Part shown: in pieces, positions 8,115-16,185 of the stretch
How positions within the stretch are numbered: the first letter of the stretch is position 1
Layout: each line of letters starts with the position of its first letter
Origin: Candidatus Sigynarchaeum calidifontis
GTDB taxonomy: Archaea; Asgardarchaeota; Lokiarchaeia; Sigyniarchaeales; Sigyniarchaeaceae
NCBI GenBank assembly: GCA_030587475.2
Contig: JAUQYZ020000026.1
Coordinates: 1-18,597, forward strand
Reading direction: 5' to 3'
DNA: 18,597 nucleotides
The notes under the pieces: model-generated
Told to the model about the DNA's origin: nothing
Databases searched by the model: none
Seen by the model: the letters and a program-made list of their open reading frames with translations, nothing else
Program-made: the position numbers and the translations under genes

Positions 8115-8657
8115 TCAAGTCATTTTCTCTCCTATTCCCTTCATTTCATCAACATGTGCATCCAAGCAAAGGACCTCGAATTCCACGAGGATGTCCTGTA
8201 TCGATGGCTCGTGAAGCACTCCACGACGTTTTCCGTCGCGTAGCTCTGCGATGGTTGCATCGAAATCCGCCTTGCACGCGTTAATACGCCCCCGGTCCAT
8301 CATGCACACTGCAGCTTTCATGGCGCGCAATTTTTCAAGAAGGGTAGGTGCGAGCATCGAGGCCCTTCTCCGGGGGTGTACTTTCACAAGAATCAAGACG
8401 ACTGCAATGATGGTGGCGGAAACAAGGATCGGCAAAATGCGTGTCGTGAACGGGTTATCGTAGGGATCCAGCCGGCTCGTCCACCAGCTCCATTCGTTCG
8501 AATCAGTAAATCCATCGCCATCCGAATCGAGAAGGGCTGGATCGTTGAAAAAATTCGCTTGCACGAACAACACCACGCTCAAGACACAAGCAACAAAGAC
8601 CAGTACAAGCAGCGCGGCTTTCAGCGCGGCAGTGATGGATTCGCGCGCGGCAATCAC
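8115..8657 (-). CDS. Small two-TM membrane protein with a Dx[DN]xDG calcium-binding loop
   Basis: Hydrophobic helix AALLVLVFVACVLSVVLFV, then DSDGDGFTDSNE...TSRLDPYDNP, a second helix ILPILVSATIIAVVLILV, and KVHPRRR. The GTG start is uncertain. Confidence 0.7.
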   Translation of the reverse strand: MIAARESITAALKAALLVLVFVACVLSVVLFVQANFFNDPALLDSDGDGFTDSNEWSWWTSRLDPYDNPFTTRILPILVSATIIAVVLILVKVHPRRRASMLAPTLLEKLRAMKAAVCMMDRGRINACKADFDATIAELRDGKRRGVLHEPSIQDILVEFEVLCLDAHVDEMKGIGEKMT

Positions 8658-8723
8658 CCAGGAGGCGGGACTTCCCTATTGAACTCTTAGCCGATGCAGC
8701 CTTTAATCGTTTGACTCGATACC

Positions 8724-9941
8724 ATGGCACGACAACGCACCCCCCTCTCGGCGAACGAGAACACGGTCGTGTTAAACGCTTGTTATGCATACCATTTTCT
8801 CAACGACGCCATCACTTTCGTGCTGCCAACGGTCATGGTCTTGCTATTCAAGGATTTCAGACTGAACTGGTTGGAATCCGGCGTGATCTTTGCAATGAAC
8901 TTGCTCGCCATGATCTTGTTCCAGCTGGTCATGGGCTATTACTCGGATATCGTTGACCAGAAAAACATCATGCTGGCAGGCATGGCCTTGCTCGGCGTGA
9001 GCACGCTGCTCATGGCAATGTCCTTTGACTTTTCAAGCCTGTTGATCTATGCGATCTTGCTTGGCCTGGGCCTCGGCATCCAGCATGCATCGTCGTACTC
9101 GATCTCGGCCCGCATCATGACCGAGAAGGTGAACCGCCAAGCAGCCTTCGGGGACTTCGGGAAGGGCACGGCCATCGTTTGCTCCACGCTGCTGCTCTTC
9201 TTCTTGCCCGGCGACGTGGCATGGCGTGGTTCGTTCGTCGCGTGGGGCATCGCGACCCTGTGCGCGGCGGCGTTCGTGGCTTTCAAGTTGCGGTCCTTCC
9301 ACCTGGTGCCATCGGGGTATTCTACAGGAACCTTCCAGTTCAACGAGACAGTTGTTGAAGATCGCATGGGCAGGAAAGCAGTTTTACGGCGCATCGCGGC
9401 ACTCGCGGGGTTGTTCGTGCTGTTCATGCTCTACAGCGCCCAGTTCCAGGTCATCTCCAACAACTTGACGACCTACATGGGCGAATACAAGGGTTTTGAC
9501 ACGCGCGTCGCGCCCTTCTTCTTCGTCGTGTTTTTCATCTTCGCGACAGCGGGCTCCTTCTCATCACTACCCTTGTCCCGGCGGTTTGACAAGAAGGATC
9601 TCTTGATGGCGAATTATCTCGTTTATTTGATCACTCTCGTGCTTTATGTCGCAATCGACCCTCGCGACGCCACCACGAACGCGATCTTCTGCGCGGCGCT
9701 GGCCTTCTTCTCGTACACGACCTATCCTATCATCTTGCAAACATTATCAGCACGGTCGCCCCGTGCTTATCTCGGGCTCGTGTTTGGCATAACGATGGGT
9801 CTCGGCTGGGTTGGCGGTTTTGTATCGTCATTAATGGCGGGGTTCTTGTCCGACATGTTCACGGCGCAAGCGATCTTCTTCATCGCCATCGTGGTGGTCG
9901 CATGCTCCCTGGTCGTGCTCTGGAGGACGCGATTCGCGTGA
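8724..9941 (+). CDS. MFS transporter
   Basis: 405 aa with about 12 hydrophobic segments in two bundles separated by a polar loop. Motif A-like GYYSDIVDQK and LSRRFDKK, plus HFLND and GFLSDMF. Confidence 0.9.
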   Translation: MARQRTPLSANENTVVLNACYAYHFLNDAITFVLPTVMVLLFKDFRLNWLESGVIFAMNLLAMILFQLVMGYYSDIVDQKNIMLAGMALLGVSTLLMAMSFDFSSLLIYAILLGLGLGIQHASSYSISARIMTEKVNRQAAFGDFGKGTAIVCSTLLLFFLPGDVAWRGSFVAWGIATLCAAAFVAFKLRSFHLVPSGYSTGTFQFNETVVEDRMGRKAVLRRIAALAGLFVLFMLYSAQFQVISNNLTTYMGEYKGFDTRVAPFFFVVFFIFATAGSFSSLPLSRRFDKKDLLMANYLVYLITLVLYVAIDPRDATTNAIFCAALAFFSYTTYPIILQTLSARSPRAYLGLVFGITMGLGWVGGFVSSLMAGFLSDMFTAQAIFFIAIVVVACSLVVLWRTRFA

Positions 9942-10019
9942 GTCGACTCCGCGTCCTCACCTTTATCTCGTTGGCGGCGAAGTGGTTATAGTATCAAGGA
10001 AAACGATGGCGTGAGTTGA

Positions 10020-11624
10020 ATGAACCTCTCGAAAGCAGAGCGTGCAGCGCTCAAGCAAGAATTGATCGAAATCGTTGGCGACCGCTGGGTGTCGGATGAC
10101 GTGGAAGTGCTATCGAATTACGGCCGGGACATGACCGAAAACGAGCCGAAGCGGCCCGATTTCGTCGTGCTACCTGATTCCACCGAACAAGTGCAGAAGA
10201 TCGTCAAGCTTGCCAATGCAAAGAAGATCCCGCTGATCCCGTACGTCGCCGGTGCCAACGTCGGCGGCCTGACGATACCGACCGAACTCGGTGGCATTAC
10301 GATCGACATGAAACGAATGAACCGCGTCATCGAGCTAAACAGGAAAGACAAGTACATCGTCATCGAGCCAGGCTTCACGTTCGGGCACTTGCGCCGCCTC
10401 TTCGACACGGAAATTCCGGAATTCCGGTACTCCTTTCCCTTCGCTCCGCCCTTCACGAGCGTGTTAACAAACGCGCTGCTCCACGGCCTCGGAAGCCTTT
10501 CCGTGCTCTATGGCTCGGCAGACCAATTCATCAACGGGCTCGAAGTGGTGCTGCCTTCTGGCGAGATCGTGAACGTGGGCAACCAGGCCGTCAACAAGCA
10601 AGCCGTCTGGTACGGTCGGGCGCCATTACCCGACTTGTGCGGCCTATTCATCGGGTTTCAGGGGACGACGGGCATCGTGACCAAGATGTCGATCCAGCTC
10701 ATCGACCGGCCCCCGATCTTGCGGCACTTCGCCATCATTCCCGAGGATCCGTATGATTTCCTCGAGAACTTCGTGCACGATCTCGTGAAGCTCGGCGTGT
10801 GCGACGAGATCGGTATCGGCTATTTTCCCGCCAAGGTGGGCCGCACCATCGTGCCGGACGACATGCTCGAGCTGATGGCCCGGATGATGCACTACTTGCG
10901 CTTTCAAAAGAAGACGAATCTCGTCAAGCGCATCTGGCCGCTGCTCAAGTTCATCACGGGCAGCAAGCCTTTTCCTCTCGTCAAGAAACTGGCACCGATG
11001 CTTCGAATGGGCAAGTCGGACGATGACCAGGCGTGGCTCATCTCCGGCATCACGATCGGCGCCCACGACGAGAAGATTTTCAAGGCCAAGCTCGGCGCGA
11101 TGCAAAGGCTATGCAAGAAAGCGAAGCCGCCCGTGTTGCTCCTGCCCACGCAAGATTTCGGCGACTTGCAGAAGGTGTTCATGAGCATCCTCGATCTACC
11201 GACGCAGCTGCCCGCGCTGTACGATTTAAAAGCGGGCGGCGGGCTCACGTGGGTCGGCTCTTACGTGCCGGCGAGCCGCGTCCACATTGGCTTGAAGAAA
11301 GGGGAGGAGATCCACAAGAAAAATCACTTCTTCCCCGTGATCGTGCTTCGCCCGCACAAGCAAGACCATTATTTCGTGCTGCGTTTCATCCTGGCGTTCG
11401 ACCGGCGTAGCAAGGAAGAGACGGCCCGCGCGCGCCAGACCTTGAAAGAGCTTGCAGCGGTCATCCTCGACGACTGCAAGGGCGTGCCCTACAAGCCGGC
11501 TGGCTGGGCTGTCGAGATGATACAAGAACGTGCCGACCCCGCGTCGATCGAGTTCATCAAGCGCGTGAAGGCATTCATGGACCCGAACCATATCATGAAT
11601 CCGGGCCGGCTGGACTTCAAGTGA
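10020..11624 (+). CDS. FAD-binding oxidoreductase (VAO/PCMH family, GlcD/D-lactate dehydrogenase-like)
   Basis: PDFVVLPDSTEQVQKIVKLAN, GANVGG, IDMKRMNRVIE, IEPG, GLEVVLPSGEI, PDLCGLFIGFQGTTGIVTK and C-terminal DPNHIMNPG. Confidence 0.92.
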   Translation: MNLSKAERAALKQELIEIVGDRWVSDDVEVLSNYGRDMTENEPKRPDFVVLPDSTEQVQKIVKLANAKKIPLIPYVAGANVGGLTIPTELGGITIDMKRMNRVIELNRKDKYIVIEPGFTFGHLRRLFDTEIPEFRYSFPFAPPFTSVLTNALLHGLGSLSVLYGSADQFINGLEVVLPSGEIVNVGNQAVNKQAVWYGRAPLPDLCGLFIGFQGTTGIVTKMSIQLIDRPPILRHFAIIPEDPYDFLENFVHDLVKLGVCDEIGIGYFPAKVGRTIVPDDMLELMARMMHYLRFQKKTNLVKRIWPLLKFITGSKPFPLVKKLAPMLRMGKSDDDQAWLISGITIGAHDEKIFKAKLGAMQRLCKKAKPPVLLLPTQDFGDLQKVFMSILDLPTQLPALYDLKAGGGLTWVGSYVPASRVHIGLKKGEEIHKKNHFFPVIVLRPHKQDHYFVLRFILAFDRRSKEETARARQTLKELAAVILDDCKGVPYKPAGWAVEMIQERADPASIEFIKRVKAFMDPNHIMNPGRLDFK

Positions 11625-11629
11625 CTCGA

Positions 11630-11642
11630 AGTTTTTTTTCTC
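11630..11642 (+). terminator. Oligo-T terminator
   Basis: T8 run (11632-11639) 7 nt after the oxidoreductase stop. Confidence 0.55.
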
Positions 11643-11664
11643 ACCTTGTTGGGTGGACAACACC

Positions 11665-11670
11665 TTTAAG
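11665..11670 (+). promoter_or_regulatory. Candidate TATA box for a leaderless ligase transcript
   Basis: TTTAAG 23-28 nt upstream of GTG 11693, with no Shine-Dalgarno sequence. Confidence 0.45.
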
Positions 11671-11692
11671 CACGTGAGCGTTATCTCGCCTC

Positions 11693-12586
11693 GTGAAGGT
11701 CGTCGTTTTGACGCCCCGGTCGCTCGCGCCCGTCTCGCGCTCGATCATCGATGCTCTCAAGAAGCGGGGCGTCACGGTCGTGAAGCTGAGCCCGGCACGC
11801 GTCGCCCTGGACTTGAACAACGCCGAGCCGGACATGGTCCGCAAGTACTTCACCGAGGGGGAGCCACGGGGCGCGATCGTGCGCGGCATCGGCACGAGCA
11901 AGACGAAGAAGATATACACGAGACTGGGAGTCCTCGAGCTCTTCGAGGACTGCGGCGTGTACCTCCTCAACAGCCGCAAGTGCCTCGAGGCCGCGACGAA
12001 CAAGGCGATCACGTCCTACAAGCTCATCAAGCAAGGGATCCCCACGCCCAGGACGATCTTGTGCGAGGGGTTCAAGGCAGCCACGGAAGCTTTCAAAAAA
12101 CTCGGCGGCGACGTGGTGCTCAAGCCACTGTTCGGGTCGAAGGGTGTCGGGATCATGCGGCTCACCGACGAGGGCTTCGCATCGAACATCTTTTACAACC
12201 TCGACCGGCTCGACGAGGTCTTCTACATCCAGGAATACGTGGAGCACGGGAACTACGACATCCGGGCCATGGTGCTCGGGGACGAGGTCATCTGCGCCAT
12301 GAAGCGCGTCAACGCGACCGACCTGGCGCAGCCGTGGAAGACGAACGTCGCGGCCGGCGCGCAGGGCGAGTCAATCGAGATATCAAGCGAGTTGAAGGAG
12401 CTGGCCATTAAATCAGCCAAGGCCGTCGGTGGCGAGTTCATGGGCATCGACATCGCAGAAACAGCAAGCGGGCCCATGATCATCGAGGTGAACTCGGTAC
12501 CCGGCTTCACCGAGCTGCAAAAGACCACGAGCATCGACATCGCCGGGGCGCTCGCGGACTATTTCCTTGCCAAGCTCAAGCGATGA
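11693..12586 (+). CDS. RimK-family ATP-grasp alpha-L-glutamate ligase (MptN-like)
   Basis: NKAITSYKL..GIPTPRT, VVLKPLFGSKGVG, FYIQEYV, DIRAMVLG, WKTNVAAGA, GIDI and IIEVNSVPG. Confidence 0.9.
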   Translation: MKVVVLTPRSLAPVSRSIIDALKKRGVTVVKLSPARVALDLNNAEPDMVRKYFTEGEPRGAIVRGIGTSKTKKIYTRLGVLELFEDCGVYLLNSRKCLEAATNKAITSYKLIKQGIPTPRTILCEGFKAATEAFKKLGGDVVLKPLFGSKGVGIMRLTDEGFASNIFYNLDRLDEVFYIQEYVEHGNYDIRAMVLGDEVICAMKRVNATDLAQPWKTNVAAGAQGESIEISSELKELAIKSAKAVGGEFMGIDIAETASGPMIIEVNSVPGFTELQKTTSIDIAGALADYFLAKLKR

Positions 12587-12678
12587 GTTATTCCAGCCCG
12601 GTATTCGGCCCGCGCCACGGCCGGCTGGTTGACCAATACCCTCTTTAGTTTTCCGCGGAACCTACAAGACGTGATCCT

Positions 12679-13605
12679 ATGACGAGTCGACCGAGCATCT
12701 GCGTGATGGGGAGCTTCATCGTTGACCTCATGATGCGCGCTCCCCGGCTGCCCCTGCCTGGCGAGACGATCAAGGGCCGCGTTTTCAAGATCGGCCCCGG
12801 CGGGAAGGGTTCCAACCAGGCGGTCGCGGCGCGCCGCGCGGGAGCGGAGACGACGATCATCACGAAGATCGGGAAGGACCAGTTCACGTCGCTCGCGATC
12901 GAGTCGTTCAAGAAGGAAGGCCTGGCGACAGACCTCGTTTTTATGGACGAGAACGCGGCCACGGGCGCTGCCCTCATCATGGTCGACGAGAAAAGCGGCC
13001 AGAACTCGATCGTCGTCACGCTCGGAGCGTGCGGCAACCTGACGGCCGGGGAGATCGACAAGGCACGCGAGAAGATCGCCCGCGCGGGCGTGTTCCTGAC
13101 CCAGCTCGAAACAAACTTGGAGGTCGTTGAGCACGCGATCAGCATCGCCCATGCGAGCGGCGTGCCCGTGATCCTGAACCCGGCGCCCGCTGATACGGTT
13201 CCGGACGCGATCCTCGCAAAGGTCGACTACTTGACCCCGAACGAGTCGGAGGCATCGGCACTCTGCGGGTTCCCGATCGAGTCGATCGAGGACATGCAGA
13301 AGGCCGGGAAGATGCTGCTGGCAAAGGGCGTGAAGAACGTGATCTTCACGATAGGAAAAAAAGGGGCCTACTTGTACAACGATCAGGTGCAGCGCGCGTT
13401 CCCGCCGTACGACGTGCAAGTCGTCGACACGACAGGGGCGGGCGATGCTTTCAACGGCGGCCTGGCGGTGGCCATCGCGGAAAAGAAGCCCCTGGAACAA
13501 GCGATCCAATTCGCCAACGCGGTCGCCTCGCTGAAGGTGACCCGCGTGGGAACGGCGCCGGGGATGCCGACGCGGGACGAGATCGACAAGCTGCTGGAGC
13601 GATGA
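12679..13605 (+). CDS. rbsK: Ribokinase-family (PfkB) sugar kinase; ribokinase or deoxyribokinase
   Basis: PRLPLPGET, GPGGKGSNQAVAA, QLE, ILNPAP, LTPNESE and VVDTTGAGDAFNGG. The N-terminal GSFIVDL lacks the ribokinase Asn, so DeoK is plausible (see findings). Confidence 0.88.
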   Translation: MTSRPSICVMGSFIVDLMMRAPRLPLPGETIKGRVFKIGPGGKGSNQAVAARRAGAETTIITKIGKDQFTSLAIESFKKEGLATDLVFMDENAATGAALIMVDEKSGQNSIVVTLGACGNLTAGEIDKAREKIARAGVFLTQLETNLEVVEHAISIAHASGVPVILNPAPADTVPDAILAKVDYLTPNESEASALCGFPIESIEDMQKAGKMLLAKGVKNVIFTIGKKGAYLYNDQVQRAFPPYDVQVVDTTGAGDAFNGGLAVAIAEKKPLEQAIQFANAVASLKVTRVGTAPGMPTRDEIDKLLER

Positions 13606-13608
13606 GGC

Positions 13609-14277
13609 ATGAGCGCACGAGACATCCGGGCATATATCGACCACACGATCTTGAAACCAGAGACCACCAGGGAGCAAGTCATCCAGGTATGCAACGAGGC
13701 GAAGGAGTACCGGTTCGCCGCCGTGTGCGTGAACCCTTGGTTCATACCGCTCGTGGCGAGGTGCTTGAAGGGGACGAAGATCGGCGCGGGTGCCGCCATC
13801 GGGTTTCCTCTCGGCACGACGACGACCGACGTGAAGGTGTTCGAGGCCAAGGATGCGCTGCGCAACGGCGCGACCGAGCTCGACATGGTCATCAACGTCG
13901 GGGCGCTCAAGTCGGGGGATCCCGGGCTCGTCGAGAAGGAGATCGCGTCCGTGGTCGCCGCCGCGAAGGGCAAGGCGCTCGTCAAGGTCATCCTTGAGAC
14001 GTGCTTGCTCACGACGGACGAGATCGTGGCGGGATGCAAGCTGGCGATGAAAGCGCGAGCGGATTTCGTGAAGACGTCCACGGGCTTCAGCTCAGCGGGG
14101 GCAACGGTCGAGCACGTCGCGCTCATGCGAAAGACCGTCGGGGACAAGATGGGCGTGAAGGCATCGGGCGGGATCCGGACGTACCAGGCCGCCTTGGACA
14201 TGATCAAGGCCGGCGCGACGCGCATCGGGACGAGCGCGGGCGTGCAAATCATGAAGGAGCAGGAGGGACGAAAATGA
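13609..14277 (+). CDS. deoC: Deoxyribose-phosphate aldolase
   Basis: [46 protein letters not shown] (Schiff-base Lys), VKASGGIRT and GATRIGTS. Starts 3 nt after the kinase stop. Confidence 0.97.
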   Translation: MSARDIRAYIDHTILKPETTREQVIQVCNEAKEYRFAAVCVNPWFIPLVARCLKGTKIGAGAAIGFPLGTTTTDVKVFEAKDALRNGATELDMVINVGALKSGDPGLVEKEIASVVAAAKGKALVKVILETCLLTTDEIVAGCKLAMKARADFVKTSTGFSSAGATVEHVALMRKTVGDKMGVKASGGIRTYQAALDMIKAGATRIGTSAGVQIMKEQEGRK

Positions 14278-15824
14278 GACGAGCAGCTATCTTGTTCGGG
14301 TGCACGCTGGCCATTGTTGTCGTTTCCCAGCTCGCCCTCCTCGCACCAGCGGCGGGCACGCGAGCATCGGTGATCGGCGCGTTTCCCGTCGCTGCCGAGC
14401 GTCCCATCGGCCGGCCATACGGCGTGTCGCTGCACTGGCCGACGTCCGAGAACCTCGAAAACATCGACGCGCCGGAAACGACCTCGTTCGCAAGGTGCGA
14501 GTTCGGCTGGGCGCGCACGTGCAATTTCATCTGGTCGATCATGGAGCCGTCGCCGGGCGATTTCTCCCCGATGACCAACCCCGCGCATTACTCGAACCGG
14601 TTTTTGGCGGCGGTGTCGTCGGTCGGCGCCCGGGTGCTGCCCTTGATCGACGGGCCGCCGGCATGGCTCGGCGACGGGCCATCATCGTACATCTCGCCGG
14701 GCAATGTCCCGCTCCTATGCAATTACGTGAACGAGACCGTCACGCGGTACCAGAACGACATGAGCAAGTGGGAACTGTTCAACGAGCCGAACAACGGGTG
14801 GGGGAAGGAATACGGCACGTGGGACGAGTTCCTGGCCGTGTTGATCGCCACGGCCGAGACCATCAAGCGGGTGAACCGCTCGCTCGACGTGATCGTCGGC
14901 GGGCTCGGCGGGACGCGGGAGCTCGAGTTCCTCGACTACATCATGGCCAACTTGACCGCGACGCCGACGTCGGTGCCGGGCTACGACACGGCCAGGCAGC
15001 TGTTCTCGGGCATCGCCTTCCACCCGTACTCGAGCCCGGCCGAGGAGCTGGCCAAGAAGCTGGCGGACTACGACGCGATCTTGTCGAAATACCGGTGGAC
15101 CATCAAGGACGGGGCGCGGCACTGGATCACGGAGATCGGCGGCGAGACCGATAGCCCGCGGGACGGGGCGGGCGGGTTCTTGCTCGACCCCCAGCGGGAG
15201 TACGCCGCGCTCATGGCCAAGCAGATGGCCATCGCGACCTCGTGGGGCGTCGAGGGCTTCAACATCTGGACGTACCGGGATTTCGAGCCGCCAGGGTCAT
15301 ATGCCGCCGAATTCGGGCATTGCGGGATCCTGTACAACGACGCGTCGTGGAAGGGCGCGACCCACGCGATCAACTGGACGAACCACTTCATCGGCAACGG
15401 CCACTCGAACCTGCTGCCCGTCGCCTTCCCAGGCCCGCTGACCGGGATCGTGGCGAAAGACAGCGAGCACGTGGGCGGGAAGGAGCGGTGGGCGATCGTC
15501 GCGTGGAACGCCGCCCACCAAGGCCTGGTGAGCGCCCGGTTCGAGTTCGGCACGGGCGTGTCGCGGGCGGTGGTGCATGATTACGCGTCCAATGGCTCGG
15601 CCGCCCTGGCCGTGCAAGCCGGCGCGACCGGCATCGATATCCAGATAGGACACGAGCCCGTCTTGCTCGTTGTTGATTGCACCCCCGGCGGGAACTGCGT
15701 CGTTCTCGTCCAGGCCGATGTTCTCGGGGGCGTGCTCGTGGGCTTGGTCGCCGCATCCGTCGCCCTTCTAACAAGCCTTGTTCATGTATCCAGGCCCACG
15801 GCGAGGGTGCATCGAGCGAGTTGA
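14274..15824 (+). CDS. Secreted, C-terminally membrane-anchored glycoside hydrolase of clan GH-A (GH5/GH39-like)
   Basis: The true start is ATG 14274 (ATGA overlap with the deoC stop), giving signal peptide [26 protein letters not shown]. Motifs: [19 protein letters not shown] (acid/base Glu), IAFHPY, HWITEIG (nucleophile Glu). C-terminal [17 protein letters not shown] plus a basic tail. Confidence 0.88.
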   Translation: MRRAAILFGCTLAIVVVSQLALLAPAAGTRASVIGAFPVAAERPIGRPYGVSLHWPTSENLENIDAPETTSFARCEFGWARTCNFIWSIMEPSPGDFSPMTNPAHYSNRFLAAVSSVGARVLPLIDGPPAWLGDGPSSYISPGNVPLLCNYVNETVTRYQNDMSKWELFNEPNNGWGKEYGTWDEFLAVLIATAETIKRVNRSLDVIVGGLGGTRELEFLDYIMANLTATPTSVPGYDTARQLFSGIAFHPYSSPAEELAKKLADYDAILSKYRWTIKDGARHWITEIGGETDSPRDGAGGFLLDPQREYAALMAKQMAIATSWGVEGFNIWTYRDFEPPGSYAAEFGHCGILYNDASWKGATHAINWTNHFIGNGHSNLLPVAFPGPLTGIVAKDSEHVGGKERWAIVAWNAAHQGLVSARFEFGTGVSRAVVHDYASNGSAALAVQAGATGIDIQIGHEPVLLVVDCTPGGNCVVLVQADVLGGVLVGLVAASVALLTSLVHVSRPTARVHRAS

Positions 15825-15888
15825 TGCGAGCTCGCTGGACATTCACGCATTCACTCCCCTATTTATGGCCCCAATCCTTGCATTATTC

Positions 15889-16185
15889 ATGAGCAACGAA
15901 ACAAACCCGCCTTCCGCGGAGGGCGCGCGGGAGCAAAAAGCAGCGGCGGCGCGCAAGGGCGGCTTCGTCGACAAGATCAAGGGCATGTTCAAGAAGTCGA
16001 AGGCGGTGGCGGTCGCAGTGGATGGGAAATTGACGGCCGAGGACTTGTGGAACCAGATCGGGTACCACCGCATCACGGGCGGCGTGTTTTATTCGTACAT
16101 TCTCCTTATCGGCGGCGCGGTCATGGGGCTCGTCACGGTCGGCCTCATTGCCGAGTTTTTGCCCTACCCGGAGCGAGTGCTGTAA
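15889..16185 (+). pseudogene. Truncated 5' fragment of a polytopic membrane protein (resembles the start of Lokiarchaeal flippase/polysaccharide-export-like proteins)
   Basis: ATG 15889 with TTTATG about 25 nt upstream. Genome-typical G/C-ending codons continue to ...DLWNQIGYHRITGGVFYSYILLIGGAVMGLVTVGLIAEFLPYPE, then RVL-stop where composition changes. The family assignment is from recollection only. Confidence 0.55.

Noticed and set aside
9939-9941. Selenocysteine or read-through at the hairpin-enclosed TGA
   Set aside because: The MFS protein is already complete at its last TM plus basic tail, and there is no redox motif or recognisable SECIS.
14001-14273. 607-aa version of the glycoside hydrolase
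   Set aside because: The first 91 residues overlap deoC out of frame. The signal peptide and ATGA coupling place the start at 14274.
11653-14588. Long alternative ORFs 11653..12411, 12559..13677 and 13383..14588
   Set aside because: Shadows of the ligase, kinase and deoC genes caused by high GC3, with no coherent motifs.
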